Below, in pieces: positions 42,287 through 52,498 of a stretch of DNA of 64,000 bases. The position numbers and the translations under genes are program-made. Source of the DNA: Gammaproteobacteria bacterium (lineage in GTDB: Bacteria > Pseudomonadota > Gammaproteobacteria > Eutrophobiales > Eutrophobiaceae); assembly GCA_965243205.1 (NCBI GenBank), contig CBDEUK010000002.1, positions 2,208,001 through 2,272,000 of the forward strand, in the 5' to 3' direction. The notes under the pieces were generated by a model. It ran no database searches. It was not told the DNA's origin and worked only from the letters and a program-made list of their open reading frames with translations. The first letter of the stretch is position 1; every line of letters starts with the position of its first letter.

Positions 42287-44889
42287 AAACCACAAACGAA
42301 ATACGCGAACTGTTTTTACAGTATTTTAAGAAGCAACAGCACCAGATAGTTGCCAGCAGTTCATTAGTTCCTGCGAATGATCCAACGCTCTTATTTACCA
42401 ATGCAGGTATGGTTCAATTCAAAGAAGTGTTCCTGGGGCAAGATGATCGAGGTTACTCTCGTGCCACCAGTTCCCAACGTTGTGTACGTGCGGGTGGTAA
42501 ACACAATGATTTGGAAAACGTTGGTTATACCGCTCGTCACCATACCTTTTTTGAAATGCTTGGCAATTTTAGTTTTGGTGATTATTTCAAAAAAGAAGCC
42601 ATTCAATTCGCTTGGGAGTTTTTAACCAAAGAGCTAGGTTTACCTGAAGAAAAGCTCTGGGTCACTGTCTACACTGATGATGAAGAAGCCGAGAAAATTT
42701 GGCTCAATGATATTGGTGTTTCTAAAGATCTCATGAGTCGTTGCGGTGAAAAAGATAATTTTTGGTCGATGGGAGATACAGGACCATGCGGACCATGTAG
42801 TGAAATTTTTTACGATCATGGACCCGAAATTCCTGGTGGTCCTCCTGGTAGTCCCGATGAAGATGCCGATAGATATATCGAAATTTGGAATTTAGTTTTT
42901 ACTCAATTTGATCGTGCTAAAGATGGAACCTTAAATCCGTTACCAAAACCATCTGTTGATACAGGTATGGGTCTAGAGCGTATCGCTGCCGTGATGCAAG
43001 GCGTTCACAATAATTATGATATCGATTTATTTAAGAACCTGATAAAAGCAATTCATGATTTAGCAGGCGGACGAGATTTAGAAACGATGTCGACACGCGT
43101 AGTCGCTGATCATATTCGTTCTTGTGCATTCTTGATTTCAGATGGCGTGATTCCATCAAACGAAGGACGAGGTTACGTGTTAAGACGAATCATCCGCCGC
43201 GCGATTCGTCATGGTAATAAGCTTGGCTTTAATGAACCGTTCTTTCATAAATTAGTTGCCGCTTTAGTAGTTGAGATGGGCGATGCTTATCCTGAGTTGA
43301 AAGATAATCAAGCTCAAATTGAAAAGGTTTTAAAACAAGAAGAAGAGCGTTTTGCAGAAACACTCGGACAAGGATTGAAATTGTTCAAAGATGTGATTGC
43401 CAAGATGGATGGCAAAGAAGTCCCAGGGGATGAGGTATTTAAACTTTATGATACTTATGGATTCCCTGTGGATTTAACGGCAGATATTGCACGTGAGCAA
43501 GGACTCACTATAGATATGAAAGGCTATGAGTCATCTATGGCAAATCAAAAAGCCAAAGCCCGAGCAGCCAGTAAATTTGAAATGGATGCGAGTCTATTTC
43601 CTCAAATAGACAAAGAGACTGAGTTCTTAGGTTATGTTTCGTTGCAAGAGAAAACCAAAATAGCGGATATATTTCAAGAAGGACGTTCAGTCAACGAGAT
43701 AAAAGCCGGTGAGTCAGGTGGTATAGTTTTGGATTCGACCCCCTTCTATGCTGAGTCGGGGGGGCAAGTGGGTGACCAAGGACTTATATTTGGTGGTGAT
43801 GCTGAATTTAAAGTTGAAGATACACTTAAACAGGGTAAGGCTCATATTCATATCGGTAAATTAGATAAGGGCGTTCTCAAAGTTGGTGAACAAGTTACGG
43901 CAGTTGTGAATGAGAACCGTCGCAGTGACATTGTTCGAAACCATTCTGCTACCCACTTATTACACGCAGCTTTAAGGACAATACTCGGTTCTCATGTTCA
44001 GCAAAAAGGTTCTCTGGTAGCACCAGAACGTTTGCGTTTTGATTTCTCGCATCCTGAGCCGATTCAAACTGAAAAATTACGTGAAATTGAGCGATTGGTT
44101 AATTCAGTCATTTTACGTAATGAAGAAGCTGAGATTCAGGTGATGGGATTAGACGACGCAAAGAAATCTGGAGCTATGTCTTTATTCGGTGAGAAATATG
44201 AATCAGAAGTACGAGTTTTGAATATTGGCGCCAGTTTTTCCATCGAACTTTGTGGTGGTACCCATGTAACTCATTCTGGTGATATCGGCTTATTTAAGAT
44301 CGTAACTGAAACTGGTATTGCTTCTGGCGTCAGAAGAATCGAAGCCGTTACAGGTCGTGGTGCAATGAATTGGGTTGAACAAAGTGAAACTCAAATATCT
44401 GAAATAAGTGAATTACTCAAAAGTGATCAGGACAATCTAGTTCAAAAACTGAAACAACAATTAGAAAAAAATAAACTACTGGAAAAAGAACTCGATCAAC
44501 TGAAATCCAAATTAGCCAGCAATGCTGGTAATGATATGGTGTCCGAAGCGGTTGAGATTGACGGAATCAAAGTTTTAGCCAAGCATTTAGAAAACGTTGA
44601 TCCAAAAACATTACGCGATACCGTTGATCAACTTAAAAATAAACTAGGTTCAGCGGCACTGGTATTAGCAACGGTTAAAGATAATAAAGTGAGTTTGGTC
44701 GCGGGCGTAACGAAAGACCAAACAGATAAGGTAAAAGCGGGTGAATTAGTGAATTTTGTTGCCCAACAGGTCGGTGGTAAAGGTGGTGGTAGACCTGATA
44801 TGGCTCAAGCTGGTGGTAATAATCCTGCTGAATTGGATAATGCTTTAACGGGTGTCAGCGATTGGGTTAAAGAACAACTATCGAAATAA
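42283..44889 (+). CDS. alaS: Alanine--tRNA ligase
   Basis: [53 protein letters not shown]; GTG start. Confidence 0.99.
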   Translation: MKTTNEIRELFLQYFKKQQHQIVASSSLVPANDPTLLFTNAGMVQFKEVFLGQDDRGYSRATSSQRCVRAGGKHNDLENVGYTARHHTFFEMLGNFSFGDYFKKEAIQFAWEFLTKELGLPEEKLWVTVYTDDEEAEKIWLNDIGVSKDLMSRCGEKDNFWSMGDTGPCGPCSEIFYDHGPEIPGGPPGSPDEDADRYIEIWNLVFTQFDRAKDGTLNPLPKPSVDTGMGLERIAAVMQGVHNNYDIDLFKNLIKAIHDLAGGRDLETMSTRVVADHIRSCAFLISDGVIPSNEGRGYVLRRIIRRAIRHGNKLGFNEPFFHKLVAALVVEMGDAYPELKDNQAQIEKVLKQEEERFAETLGQGLKLFKDVIAKMDGKEVPGDEVFKLYDTYGFPVDLTADIAREQGLTIDMKGYESSMANQKAKARAASKFEMDASLFPQIDKETEFLGYVSLQEKTKIADIFQEGRSVNEIKAGESGGIVLDSTPFYAESGGQVGDQGLIFGGDAEFKVEDTLKQGKAHIHIGKLDKGVLKVGEQVTAVVNENRRSDIVRNHSATHLLHAALRTILGSHVQQKGSLVAPERLRFDFSHPEPIQTEKLREIERLVNSVILRNEEAEIQVMGLDDAKKSGAMSLFGEKYESEVRVLNIGASFSIELCGGTHVTHSGDIGLFKIVTETGIASGVRRIEAVTGRGAMNWVEQSETQISEISELLKSDQDNLVQKLKQQLEKNKLLEKELDQLKSKLASNAGNDMVSEAVEIDGIKVLAKHLENVDPKTLRDTVDQLKNKLGSAALVLATVKDNKVSLVAGVTKDQTDKVKAGELVNFVAQQVGGKGGGRPDMAQAGGNNPAELDNALTGVSDWVKEQLSK

Positions 44890-45038
44890 TCATATATTAT
44901 TATTTATCTATATGAATATTGCATAAAGCAATAATAAATAAGCAAAAAATAAGCATTTCATTGGATTTTAGAGGATTTTACATTCCACTTTTTGGAAAAT
45001 TCAGCTAAAATCCCGCCTTTTATCTGCCCCTGGAGTAA

Positions 45039-46265
45039 ATGGCTCTTTTAGTACAAAAATTTGGTGGGACATCTGTAGGAACCAGCGAACGCATTTTGGC
45101 GATCACTGAACAGATTATTTCTAACCGAAATAAGGGTCATGATTTAGTAGTGGTTGTATCTGCCATGAGTGGAGAAACCAACCGTTTAGTTGATTTGGCT
45201 AGTTCCGTCAGCGAATCCCCTAATGAACGTGAAATGGATGTCCTGCTTTCAACCGGAGAACAGGTTACTATTGCTTTACTTAGTATGGCATTGCAGGCTC
45301 GTAATTGCCCTGCAATATCTTATACTGGTAGTCAGGTACAGATAAAAACAGATAATACTCATACTAAGGCACGAATTCTTGAAATCGATGCTGAAAATGT
45401 TAAAAGTGATTTAGCTAAAGGAAAAGTTGTCGTGATCGCTGGTTTTCAAGGAATTGATGAAAACGGTGATATTACTACCTTGGGACGTGGTGGTTCGGAT
45501 ACCACTGCTGTAGCAATGGCTGCTGCATTAGATGCAGATGAATGTCAGATATTTACTGACGTTGATGGCGTATATACAGCTGACCCAAGAATTGTTCAGG
45601 ATGCGTCAAAAATGGAACGCATCACCTATGAAGAAATGCTCGAAATGGCGAGCTTAGGATCAAAAGTTTTACAGATTCGATCAGTTGAATTTGCCAGAAA
45701 ATATAATGTCCCATTAAGGGTATTATCATCATTTACCCAAGGTACTGGTACACTGATTGGAGATGAGGAAAATAATGTGGAAGCAGCACTTATTTCAGGT
45801 ATTGCGCACAACCGAGACGAAGCAAAAGTAACGGTTGTTGGAGTACCAGATCAACCTGGAATTGCACACGCGATTTTAGGTCCAATTGCAGATATCAATG
45901 TCGAAGTGGACATGATAGTGCAAAATGTCGGTGTCGATAATACGACTGATTTTACCTTCACCGTACATAGAAATGATTACGACAAGTCTTTGCGAAAGCT
46001 AGAAGAAGTAGCAAATGAACTTGGAGCATCAGCAGTAAAAGGAGATGACAGAATAGTGAAAATATCGGTTGTAGGAGTCGGTATGCGTTCACACGCTGGC
46101 ATCGCGAGCAAGATGTTCAAGGCCCTAGCAGATGAAGGTATTAATATCATGATGATATCAACATCAGAAATTAAGGTTTCTGTCGTTGTTGAAGAGAAGT
46201 ATTTGGAGTTGGGTGTAAGAACTTTACATTCGGCCTTCGGCCTAGAAGGAGAAGCTGCAGCTTAA
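45039..46265 (+). CDS. lysC: Aspartate kinase
   Basis: VQKFGGTSVG, TLGRGGSDTTAVA, DVDGVYTADP, two ACT domains. Confidence 0.96.
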   Translation: MALLVQKFGGTSVGTSERILAITEQIISNRNKGHDLVVVVSAMSGETNRLVDLASSVSESPNEREMDVLLSTGEQVTIALLSMALQARNCPAISYTGSQVQIKTDNTHTKARILEIDAENVKSDLAKGKVVVIAGFQGIDENGDITTLGRGGSDTTAVAMAAALDADECQIFTDVDGVYTADPRIVQDASKMERITYEEMLEMASLGSKVLQIRSVEFARKYNVPLRVLSSFTQGTGTLIGDEENNVEAALISGIAHNRDEAKVTVVGVPDQPGIAHAILGPIADINVEVDMIVQNVGVDNTTDFTFTVHRNDYDKSLRKLEEVANELGASAVKGDDRIVKISVVGVGMRSHAGIASKMFKALADEGINIMMISTSEIKVSVVVEEKYLELGVRTLHSAFGLEGEAAA

Positions 46266-46349
46266 GTATTAGTTGTTAGCTGGAAAGATCTGCGGAAGTA
46301 AATTAAGGAAGATATTTATAAAAAATGAGCGATAGTAGGAGATGTAAAA

Positions 46350-46553
46350 ATGTTAATTTTAACTAGAAGAGTTGGCGAATCGTTGATGATTGGCGATGAT
46401 GTCAATGTTACCGTTCTAGGTATACGTGGTAACCAAGTCAGAATTGGTGTTAATGCACCAAAAGAAGTTTCTGTACACCGCGAAGAAATTTACGAGCGTA
46501 TACAACAAGAAAAGAGCGGCAATGCACCATCGTCTCAAGACGAACAAGAGTAA
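46350..46553 (+). CDS. csrA: Carbon storage regulator CsrA/RsmA
   Basis: [18 protein letters not shown]...QVRIG..AP...VHREEIY. Confidence 0.99.
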   Translation: MLILTRRVGESLMIGDDVNVTVLGIRGNQVRIGVNAPKEVSVHREEIYERIQQEKSGNAPSSQDEQE

Positions 46554-46714
46554 TTAATATCAAGATATTTTTTTAAAAAAAGGATTTTTCTTGTTTAAAC
46601 AAAGCAAAATTTATTGCATTGCATGTGCACGTTAGTAAGGTTGCTATTTAAGCATGCAATATCATAAGTGTAGTTATCTATACCCTTAAATTTTTATTAT
46701 TGTCCTACTTTTTC

Positions 46715-46742
46715 TAGACTTTCAATGATCTAAAGATAAAAT
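46715..46742 (+). promoter_or_regulatory. Putative sigma70 promoter of the tRNA operon
   Basis: TAGACT-N16-TAAAAT ending about 10 bp before the tRNA-Ser 5' copy at 46752. Confidence 0.45.
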
Positions 46743-46751
46743 AAAACAAAC

Positions 46752-46875
46752 GGAGAGGTGGCCGACAATTTTGTCAGGAACAAAATTGGACATTTGAGCA
46801 AAGCGAAAATGGTACGAAGTACCGAAGCTCAGGATGAGCTGAGTCAACGGCTGAAGGTAATCGACGAAGTCGATT
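46752..46875 (+). pseudogene. tRNA-Ser 5'-third duplicate, interrupted in the D-loop by an ~82-nt hairpin-rich insert and ending in a GAA-triloop hairpin
   Basis: GGAGAGGTGGCCGA (46752-46765) and CGGCTGAAGG (46848-46857) are identical to the start of the tRNA at 46921. It is followed by AATCGAC-GAA-GTCGATT; no anticodon arm, T arm or 3' acceptor strand. Confidence 0.8.
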
Positions 46876-46920
46876 TTAAGAGTAAGCTAAACAATATAAT
46901 ATTTTAATAATATATATAAC

Positions 46921-47012
46921 GGAGAGGTGGCCGAGCGGCTGAAGGCGCTCCCCTGCTAAGGGAGTATACGGTTTATCCCGTATCGAGGGTTCGAATCCCT
47001 CTCTCTCCGCCA
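46921..47012 (+). tRNA. tRNA-Ser(GCT)
   Basis: GGAGAG acceptor stem, CTCCC-CTGCTAA-GGGAG anticodon arm, long variable arm, GGTTCGAATCC, encoded CCA. Confidence 0.97.
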
Positions 47013-47058
47013 TTTGACTATCTCGATCAAATCTATATTATTCGCCGTTCTTAATTAC

Positions 47059-47152
47059 GCGCCCGTAGCTCAGTGGACGACGTGCAGGAGCACAAGTGTC
47101 GCGAGAGGCAGGACGCCGATAGCGACGAGAGTACCGCAACACGAAGTGTTGC
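47059..47152 (+). pseudogene. tRNA-Arg 5'-third duplicate, interrupted in the D-loop by an ~50-nt hairpin insert and ending in a GAA-triloop hairpin
   Basis: GCGCCCGTAGCTCAG-TGGA (47059-47077) and AGAGTACC (47128-47135) match the tRNA at 47198; followed by GCAACAC-GAA-GTGTTGC. Confidence 0.8.
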
Positions 47153-47197
47153 TTAGATAGAACTTAAGTAAGTAACAATTTATACTTTTCATATAAC

Positions 47198-47274
47198 GCG
47201 CCCGTAGCTCAGCTGGATAGAGTACCTGGCTACGAACTAGGGGGTCGGAGGTTCGAATCCTTCCGGGCGCGCCA
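47198..47274 (+). tRNA. tRNA-Arg(ACG)
   Basis: GCGCCCG/CGGGCGC acceptor stem, CCTGG-CTACGAA-CTAGG anticodon arm, GGTTCGAATCC, CCA. Confidence 0.97.
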
Positions 47275-47283
47275 TTTAAAATA

Positions 47284-47305
47284 GCCACCTATCAGGTGGT
47301 TTTTT
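47284..47305 (+). terminator. Rho-independent terminator of the tRNA operon
   Basis: GCCACCT-ATC-AGGTGGT followed by a T-run. Confidence 0.8.
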
Positions 47306-47482
47306 ATTTCATCAATAGTAAATCGTAATTCAAATACTCCATTTAATAATCATTGATATGCAAGAACTGCTTTGTATTTTTCTTGCAGTTACATAGATGC
47401 TCATCCACTTTAGTAATACCAATAGATAAATCGCAAACATTATCAAATCAATCCTCTTATTATGAAACTCCGAGGTAAATAG

Positions 47483-48364
47483 ATGAAAAAGAGCACAGGT
47501 CAAAATTATCGTAAGCGGCTAAGCAAAGTTGTTGATTATATTTATCAACATTTGGATGAAGATTTAGGTGTAAACACATTGGCTGAGATTGCGATGATGT
47601 CGCCATATCATTTTCATCGAATTTATCGTGAGATGGCACAAGAAACGGTGAATGCTACTGTCAGAAGATTACGTCTTGAGAGAGCAGCTTCGGATTTAAT
47701 CCGCACCAATTTGCCGTTATTAACTATTGCTAAGAGTGTTTCTTATGGAAGTTTAGAAGCGTTTAGTCGTGCATTCACTAATCAGTATGGAGAATCACCA
47801 AGTCAATATCGCGCAGATCGAAATGTTTCAACAATGAAACAGGAGATATCTATGCCAGTTATGTTAGATCCACAAGAGGAGTATTACGATATGTATGATG
47901 TAGAAATGTTAGATTTTGAAGGTGTTTATTTAGCAGGATATGAACATCAAGGAGACTATATGGAGATTGGTAACGTGTTTGAAAAAATATTTTTATATGC
48001 AAGTAGTCATGGGCTTATGAGTGAGAAAACTCGATCATTCGGTATCTATTATGATGATCCAAAATCTGTTGATGAAAAAGATTTGCGTTCAATGGCGTGT
48101 ATTAGTGTTGAACAGAGCTTGGAAAGTAAAGATGAAGATGCCCCGAACGATATCACGGTTCCTGCGAGTAAATGTGCGAGTGTTTTGTTTAAAGGTTCCT
48201 ATGCAGAGTTAGAGAAGCCATACGATTGGTTCTTTGGTCATTGGTTACCTCAAAGCGGCTATGAAGCTGCAGACTTCCCACCTTTTGAAGAATATTTGAA
48301 TGATCCTAAAACGACTCCGCCGAGTGAGTTATTAACCAGGATTTATTGTTTATTGGCTGAATAA
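47483..48364 (+). CDS. AraC-family regulator with GyrI-like effector domain
   Basis: SPYHFHRIY, RRLRLERAA, EAFSRAF...P..YR; C-terminal GIYYDDP, WLPQSG, FEEYLNDP. Confidence 0.9.
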   Translation: MKKSTGQNYRKRLSKVVDYIYQHLDEDLGVNTLAEIAMMSPYHFHRIYREMAQETVNATVRRLRLERAASDLIRTNLPLLTIAKSVSYGSLEAFSRAFTNQYGESPSQYRADRNVSTMKQEISMPVMLDPQEEYYDMYDVEMLDFEGVYLAGYEHQGDYMEIGNVFEKIFLYASSHGLMSEKTRSFGIYYDDPKSVDEKDLRSMACISVEQSLESKDEDAPNDITVPASKCASVLFKGSYAELEKPYDWFFGHWLPQSGYEAADFPPFEEYLNDPKTTPPSELLTRIYCLLAE

Positions 48365-48576
48365 TCTATGCAATTTATTCGTATAGAAAAATACCATGAA
48401 CTCTAGCAGTTACGGGTTGGTAACTTAAATATTAAAGTGTTTTATTGTTGATCGAGATATTGAGGGTTTAAGTTCTTTTAAGCCTGCTAATTGCCAATTT
48501 GGTCACAAAAAAATCTAGATTAACTATCTAAACTCCTTGTCATAACAGTGTGTTATTAATTTACAAGAGAGTATCT

Positions 48577-49236
48577 ATGATAAAACAAACGATTAATAAA
48601 ACAGTTTTAGTGATTTCAATTGCAGCGTTAGCAGGTTGTACTACGCTCAATCCTAATACAGGTGAGAAAGAAGCAAACCGTACTGGTACTGGTGCTTTGG
48701 TTGGTGCAGCAACAGGTGCGGTTGCAGGTATTTTAATTGGTGACAGTAAAAAAGCTGCAATCATAGGCGCGGGTGTTGGTGCGCTAGGTGGCGCTGCGGT
48801 TGGTGCTTACATGGATAAGCAAGAAAAGGAATTGCGTGAAAGCCTTGCTAATACCAATGTTGAAGTTGAACGACAAGGTGACAATATTAAATTAAATATG
48901 CCGTCATCAATTACATTTGATGTTAATAAGTCAGACATTAAGCCTGCGTTTTATCCAGTCTTAGATGAGATTAGCCAAACCTTATCACAATATGAATCGA
49001 CGGTTGTTCATATTGCTGGTCATACCGATAGCACTGGTGCTGATGAATATAATCAGCAACTTTCTATGAACCGTGCAAATAGTGTGAGTAGTTATTGGGT
49101 GCCGCGTGGAGTCATTCAAGAAAGAATGGTGATAACAGGTTATGGAGAAACATTACCTATTGCTGATAATGCAACGAGTGAAGGACGACAAGCGAATCGA
49201 AGAGTGGAAATTACATTACAGCCTTTAACTCAATAA
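48577..49236 (+). CDS. OmpA-family lipoprotein with glycine zipper (YiaD-like)
   Basis: Lipobox LAGC, Gly/Ala-rich zipper, YMDKQE, GHTDSTG..YNQ.LS..RA, NRRVEI. Confidence 0.9.
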   Translation: MIKQTINKTVLVISIAALAGCTTLNPNTGEKEANRTGTGALVGAATGAVAGILIGDSKKAAIIGAGVGALGGAAVGAYMDKQEKELRESLANTNVEVERQGDNIKLNMPSSITFDVNKSDIKPAFYPVLDEISQTLSQYESTVVHIAGHTDSTGADEYNQQLSMNRANSVSSYWVPRGVIQERMVITGYGETLPIADNATSEGRQANRRVEITLQPLTQ

Positions 49237-49253
49237 GAAGCAATATATACGCA

Positions 49254-49285
49254 AATAAAAAACCCGCTTTTGCGGGTTTTTTATT
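49254..49285. terminator. Bidirectional rho-independent terminator
   Basis: AATAAAAAACCCGC-TTTT-GCGGGTTTTTTATT between convergent genes. Confidence 0.88.
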
Positions 49286-49338
49286 AAGATGTATTTGAGT
49301 AGATTACCAGAAAGATAAAAGTTTTAAATTTACAGTGT

Positions 49339-50460
49339 TTATTCTTTAAACAATAAAGCTCTTTCTTCAGTATGAGGATGAGTTGAAAAATACGTAGACC
49401 AGTTACTAAAGGATTTTTCTTCTGGTTCTTTTTCATCGTTTATAGCAATGTCTTCTTTAACTTCAATAGTGGTTATATCTTCAATTTCAAGTTCATCACA
49501 ATCTTCTTCGCATTCTTCTTCAGGTGGTGTCCATTGTTCAAGTTTACGTAATATATCTGGAAAACTATTGAGCGGTATATCGTATTTCTTCATATAGGCA
49601 TGTGCGAAACTGTCTGCCTCACGTTCGAAATCTCTGGAATAACCCAGTTCCATAAACAACGCAGGGAAACCCAGTATATCTGCAGGTATTTGTGTTGCAT
49701 CGCCTGAAATCATGAGTATTGCGAATGAAACAAAGCTGCTTTGTACGATTCGTCTTAATGTATGTCTATAGTGAATGTGTCCAATTTCATGTGCGAGCAC
49801 GGCCGATATTTGATCGTCGTTATCAGCGAGTTGTATAAATTCATCTGTTGCGATAATTAAGCAAGGAGGTAAGGCAAAGGCGTTTGGTCCAAAGGAATCA
49901 ACAGCCGAATAAAATTTTAATTCGCAATTACTAGTTTGCATTTCAGAATTAATAACAATAGTTTCAAATAATTTACTAACTTGTTTTTGTTTTTCTTGGG
50001 ACAGAGTTGTTTCTTCAAAACTTGTGTAATCGATAAAAGAAAGAATTTGTTTCCCAAGCGACTCGGTCATGGATTCTGGTAGTTGGTAAGCAATATATTT
50101 AGAGGTTTTAGGTAAACCATCGGTTAAAAACCACCAGCTAAAAATACCTAGAAGGACAACGGCAGATAACCCAATCAATAAATTACTTTCAATGGTATGC
50201 AAAGTAAATTTTGATGAGTGTTGTTTAAATAATGAGTCGACTTCATCATTATCATTGGTTTCAAACATACAATCATCATCGAAGCGCAAACGCCTAGGTG
50301 TGTTGCCTAGGCGTGAAGACACTTCAATGCTGTTGAGGCTGTATTGTTTACTGGTAGATGGCGTAGAGATTTTTACATAACCACTATCATCATAAGATAA
50401 TGTGGCTTCTTCACTACCTGAACGCTGGCCATCAAACCATAGTCCTTTTATTTGGTTCAT
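49339..50460 (-). CDS. M48-family metallopeptidase
   Basis: PNAFALP, VLAHEIGH, YSRDFEREAD, STHP...R; typical partner of DUF898. Confidence 0.88.
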   Translation of the reverse strand: MNQIKGLWFDGQRSGSEEATLSYDDSGYVKISTPSTSKQYSLNSIEVSSRLGNTPRRLRFDDDCMFETNDNDEVDSLFKQHSSKFTLHTIESNLLIGLSAVVLLGIFSWWFLTDGLPKTSKYIAYQLPESMTESLGKQILSFIDYTSFEETTLSQEKQKQVSKLFETIVINSEMQTSNCELKFYSAVDSFGPNAFALPPCLIIATDEFIQLADNDDQISAVLAHEIGHIHYRHTLRRIVQSSFVSFAILMISGDATQIPADILGFPALFMELGYSRDFEREADSFAHAYMKKYDIPLNSFPDILRKLEQWTPPEEECEEDCDELEIEDITTIEVKEDIAINDEKEPEEKSFSNWSTYFSTHPHTEERALLFKE

Positions 50461-51512
50461 AAACCAAGATCGAGATCTAATACATCAGCCATTTCTTGAC
50501 CAAACGCATTATCGTCCGATGATTGTTGTTGAACAAAACTATCAAGATCACCGTCAGCCAGAAAATGTGTGTGCTTTGTATAATATTTTGCCATGCGGAT
50601 AGTAACCCAAGGTATGGCTAAGCCAAATGTACATGCAATCGCAAGAAGGTTTGTAATCCATAAAAAGATAAGCGAACGCGCTGACACATTTGATTCTAAA
50701 GAATGTGATTCAATTAGAGTTGAGCTATAGATTAAATTTCGAGTTTTTGCTGTCGCATAAAGAAAAACAATCCCAAACAATGGGTATATAAGAAACGCTG
50801 CAGCAACTGACATCATGGCGTACATATTTTCATCTTCTATTTCTGATGGTATAGGTATGAATTCCGTTCCTATGTAAATAATTCCTATCAAGACAACAAT
50901 TCCTAGCAGTAATAAGCCTATAGTTTTTAAGAAAATCATATAGAAAGAAGAAGGTTTGGCATCCATTACAAATTGTCCATTGCCGTAATAGCTCGAATCA
51001 ACTAGAAACTTTGATTGTCTATAACGGATATATGGCATGATCAAGCCTGCTGTAGGTAATATGAGGATTGGCCAAAGCAGAAATTCTTTTACTGCATCGC
51101 CGATACTTCCTGCGAAATTAAATCGTATATTTCTATAACGCGAGTTTCTATATCGGTATCTTAAAGATGCCACTAATAAGAATGGTAAAACAATAAAGAA
51201 ACCAATAATAAAAACGAACTGTAAATAGGGCCAAAATTCAGAGACTGCAACATACGCAACTAAAATACTAACCGCAATAATTCTGCCTTTTAAGATGTCG
51301 ATTGGATTTGCAGTATATTCAAAGCTAGCATCTTCTAACTTTGTATGGCTGTAAATGTATTGTGTGTTTCTAACTTTTGCCCAAGCTGAATAAATACCTA
51401 GTGTGACTATCGTTAACAGTAAGTTAATGATCCAGATCCCAAAGTACTCACCAGTTTTCCCGGTAAACGTAAATGGAAGTAGTTTTTTTTGAGTATGATC
51501 TGGTAATGTCAT
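50457..51512 (-). CDS. YjgN/DUF898 inner-membrane protein
   Basis: FTG..GEYFGIWI.NLLL.IVTLGIYSAWAKVR, YRNIRF.F.G, TFGLAIPW. Confidence 0.9.
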   Translation of the reverse strand: MTLPDHTQKKLLPFTFTGKTGEYFGIWIINLLLTIVTLGIYSAWAKVRNTQYIYSHTKLEDASFEYTANPIDILKGRIIAVSILVAYVAVSEFWPYLQFVFIIGFFIVLPFLLVASLRYRYRNSRYRNIRFNFAGSIGDAVKEFLLWPILILPTAGLIMPYIRYRQSKFLVDSSYYGNGQFVMDAKPSSFYMIFLKTIGLLLLGIVVLIGIIYIGTEFIPIPSEIEDENMYAMMSVAAAFLIYPLFGIVFLYATAKTRNLIYSSTLIESHSLESNVSARSLIFLWITNLLAIACTFGLAIPWVTIRMAKYYTKHTHFLADGDLDSFVQQQSSDDNAFGQEMADVLDLDLGL

Positions 51513-51636
51513 AGGAACCTCCTTATTTTTTTATTTATAAACCTTAATGTATTTGAAACTAATTAATCGAAATTAGTAGTATTAATACTTATAAAGTAGA
51601 TAGTTGAATTAATTAATGAGTTATAACTTTCAAGCA

Positions 51637-51666
51637 AAATAAAACCCGCATTAGCGGGCTTTATTT
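51637..51666 (-). terminator. Rho-independent terminator after the yegP-like gene
   Basis: AAATAAAACCCGC-ATTA-GCGGGCTTTATTT. Confidence 0.75.
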
Positions 51667-51687
51667 AGAGTATGAATAGTATGTAGT

Positions 51688-52017
51688 TTATACCTCTACC
51701 ACATCAGCATCAGCAGCATCTTTCATAACACATTTAACGCCATTATCACGGCTGCTTTCTGAAGCGTAAGATTGGCTAGTACCAATTACTTCCCCATTAC
51801 CCGCTTTCAAGTTAAACATAAACTTGCCTGCGTTGGTTTCTTTCTTTTCGAATTTAGATTCATCTTGTGAATTTTTTTTCACTGACTCAATGCCATTTTT
51901 ACAGCTGGCTTTCGCTTTATAGCCTTCACTAGCAAGGATGTTCTCACCATTACCCGCTTTTAAACGAAAACGAAATTCTCCGCCTTTATCAGTGTAAATC
52001 TCAAATTTTGCAGCCAT
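51688..52017 (-). CDS. YegP/DUF1508 family protein (two repeats)
   Basis: F.F.LKAGNGE.I..S..Y......NG..SV repeated twice. Confidence 0.9.
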   Translation of the reverse strand: MAAKFEIYTDKGGEFRFRLKAGNGENILASEGYKAKASCKNGIESVKKNSQDESKFEKKETNAGKFMFNLKAGNGEVIGTSQSYASESSRDNGVKCVMKDAADADVVEV

Positions 52018-52231
52018 GATCTTCTCCAGGAATGAGTTCTTTTATTAGAACTATGAGTAAATCATATTATTTATTCACCAACAACTATTTGTTTACTATT
52101 CCTTAATAAAAATCTAAAGAAATAATATTTAAAATCAATAATATAGAAGAAGTTTAGAAAGACTTCATGGAATAATCTCTAAATATTTTATATAGTATTA
52201 AGTTACAAAAATAATCTTAAATTCTTATACC

Positions 52232-52465
52232 ATGAGATGCTATTACTGTAATAAGTTAGTTTGTGGTAAAGAAGGGATTACTCTACCGAAATTAGGTCCA
52301 GCACATACAGTTTGTTTTGAGGCAAACCAGTCAATCAGTCGCGTGTTTAAAAATTTAGTATTAACAGAATTAAGCGATAACGAACTGTCAGAATTAAAAG
52401 AGCTTGTTGTGGCTGAAGAAAATCATCGTAATAGAGATACCAGCGATGATATAGAGTTGTTCTAA
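52232..52465 (+). CDS. Small zinc-finger-like hypothetical protein (DUF2175-like)
   Basis: CxxC...GPAHxxC, acidic helical C-terminal half ending in DIELF. Confidence 0.6.
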   Translation: MRCYYCNKLVCGKEGITLPKLGPAHTVCFEANQSISRVFKNLVLTELSDNELSELKELVVAEENHRNRDTSDDIELF

Positions 52466-52498
52466 ATAATCATTTAAAAATACTCAGGAGTCTGCTCA

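Noticed and set aside
46752-47152. Intron-containing tRNAs, CRISPR array or prophage att sites
   Set aside because: The copies lack the anticodon arm, T arm and 3' acceptor strand, so splicing could not give a tRNA; there are no regular repeat-spacer units or cas genes; the duplications are 5' portions with no integrase or cargo.
47070-47288. 72-aa minus-strand ORF
   Set aside because: Antisense translation of tRNA-Arg and its upstream copy.
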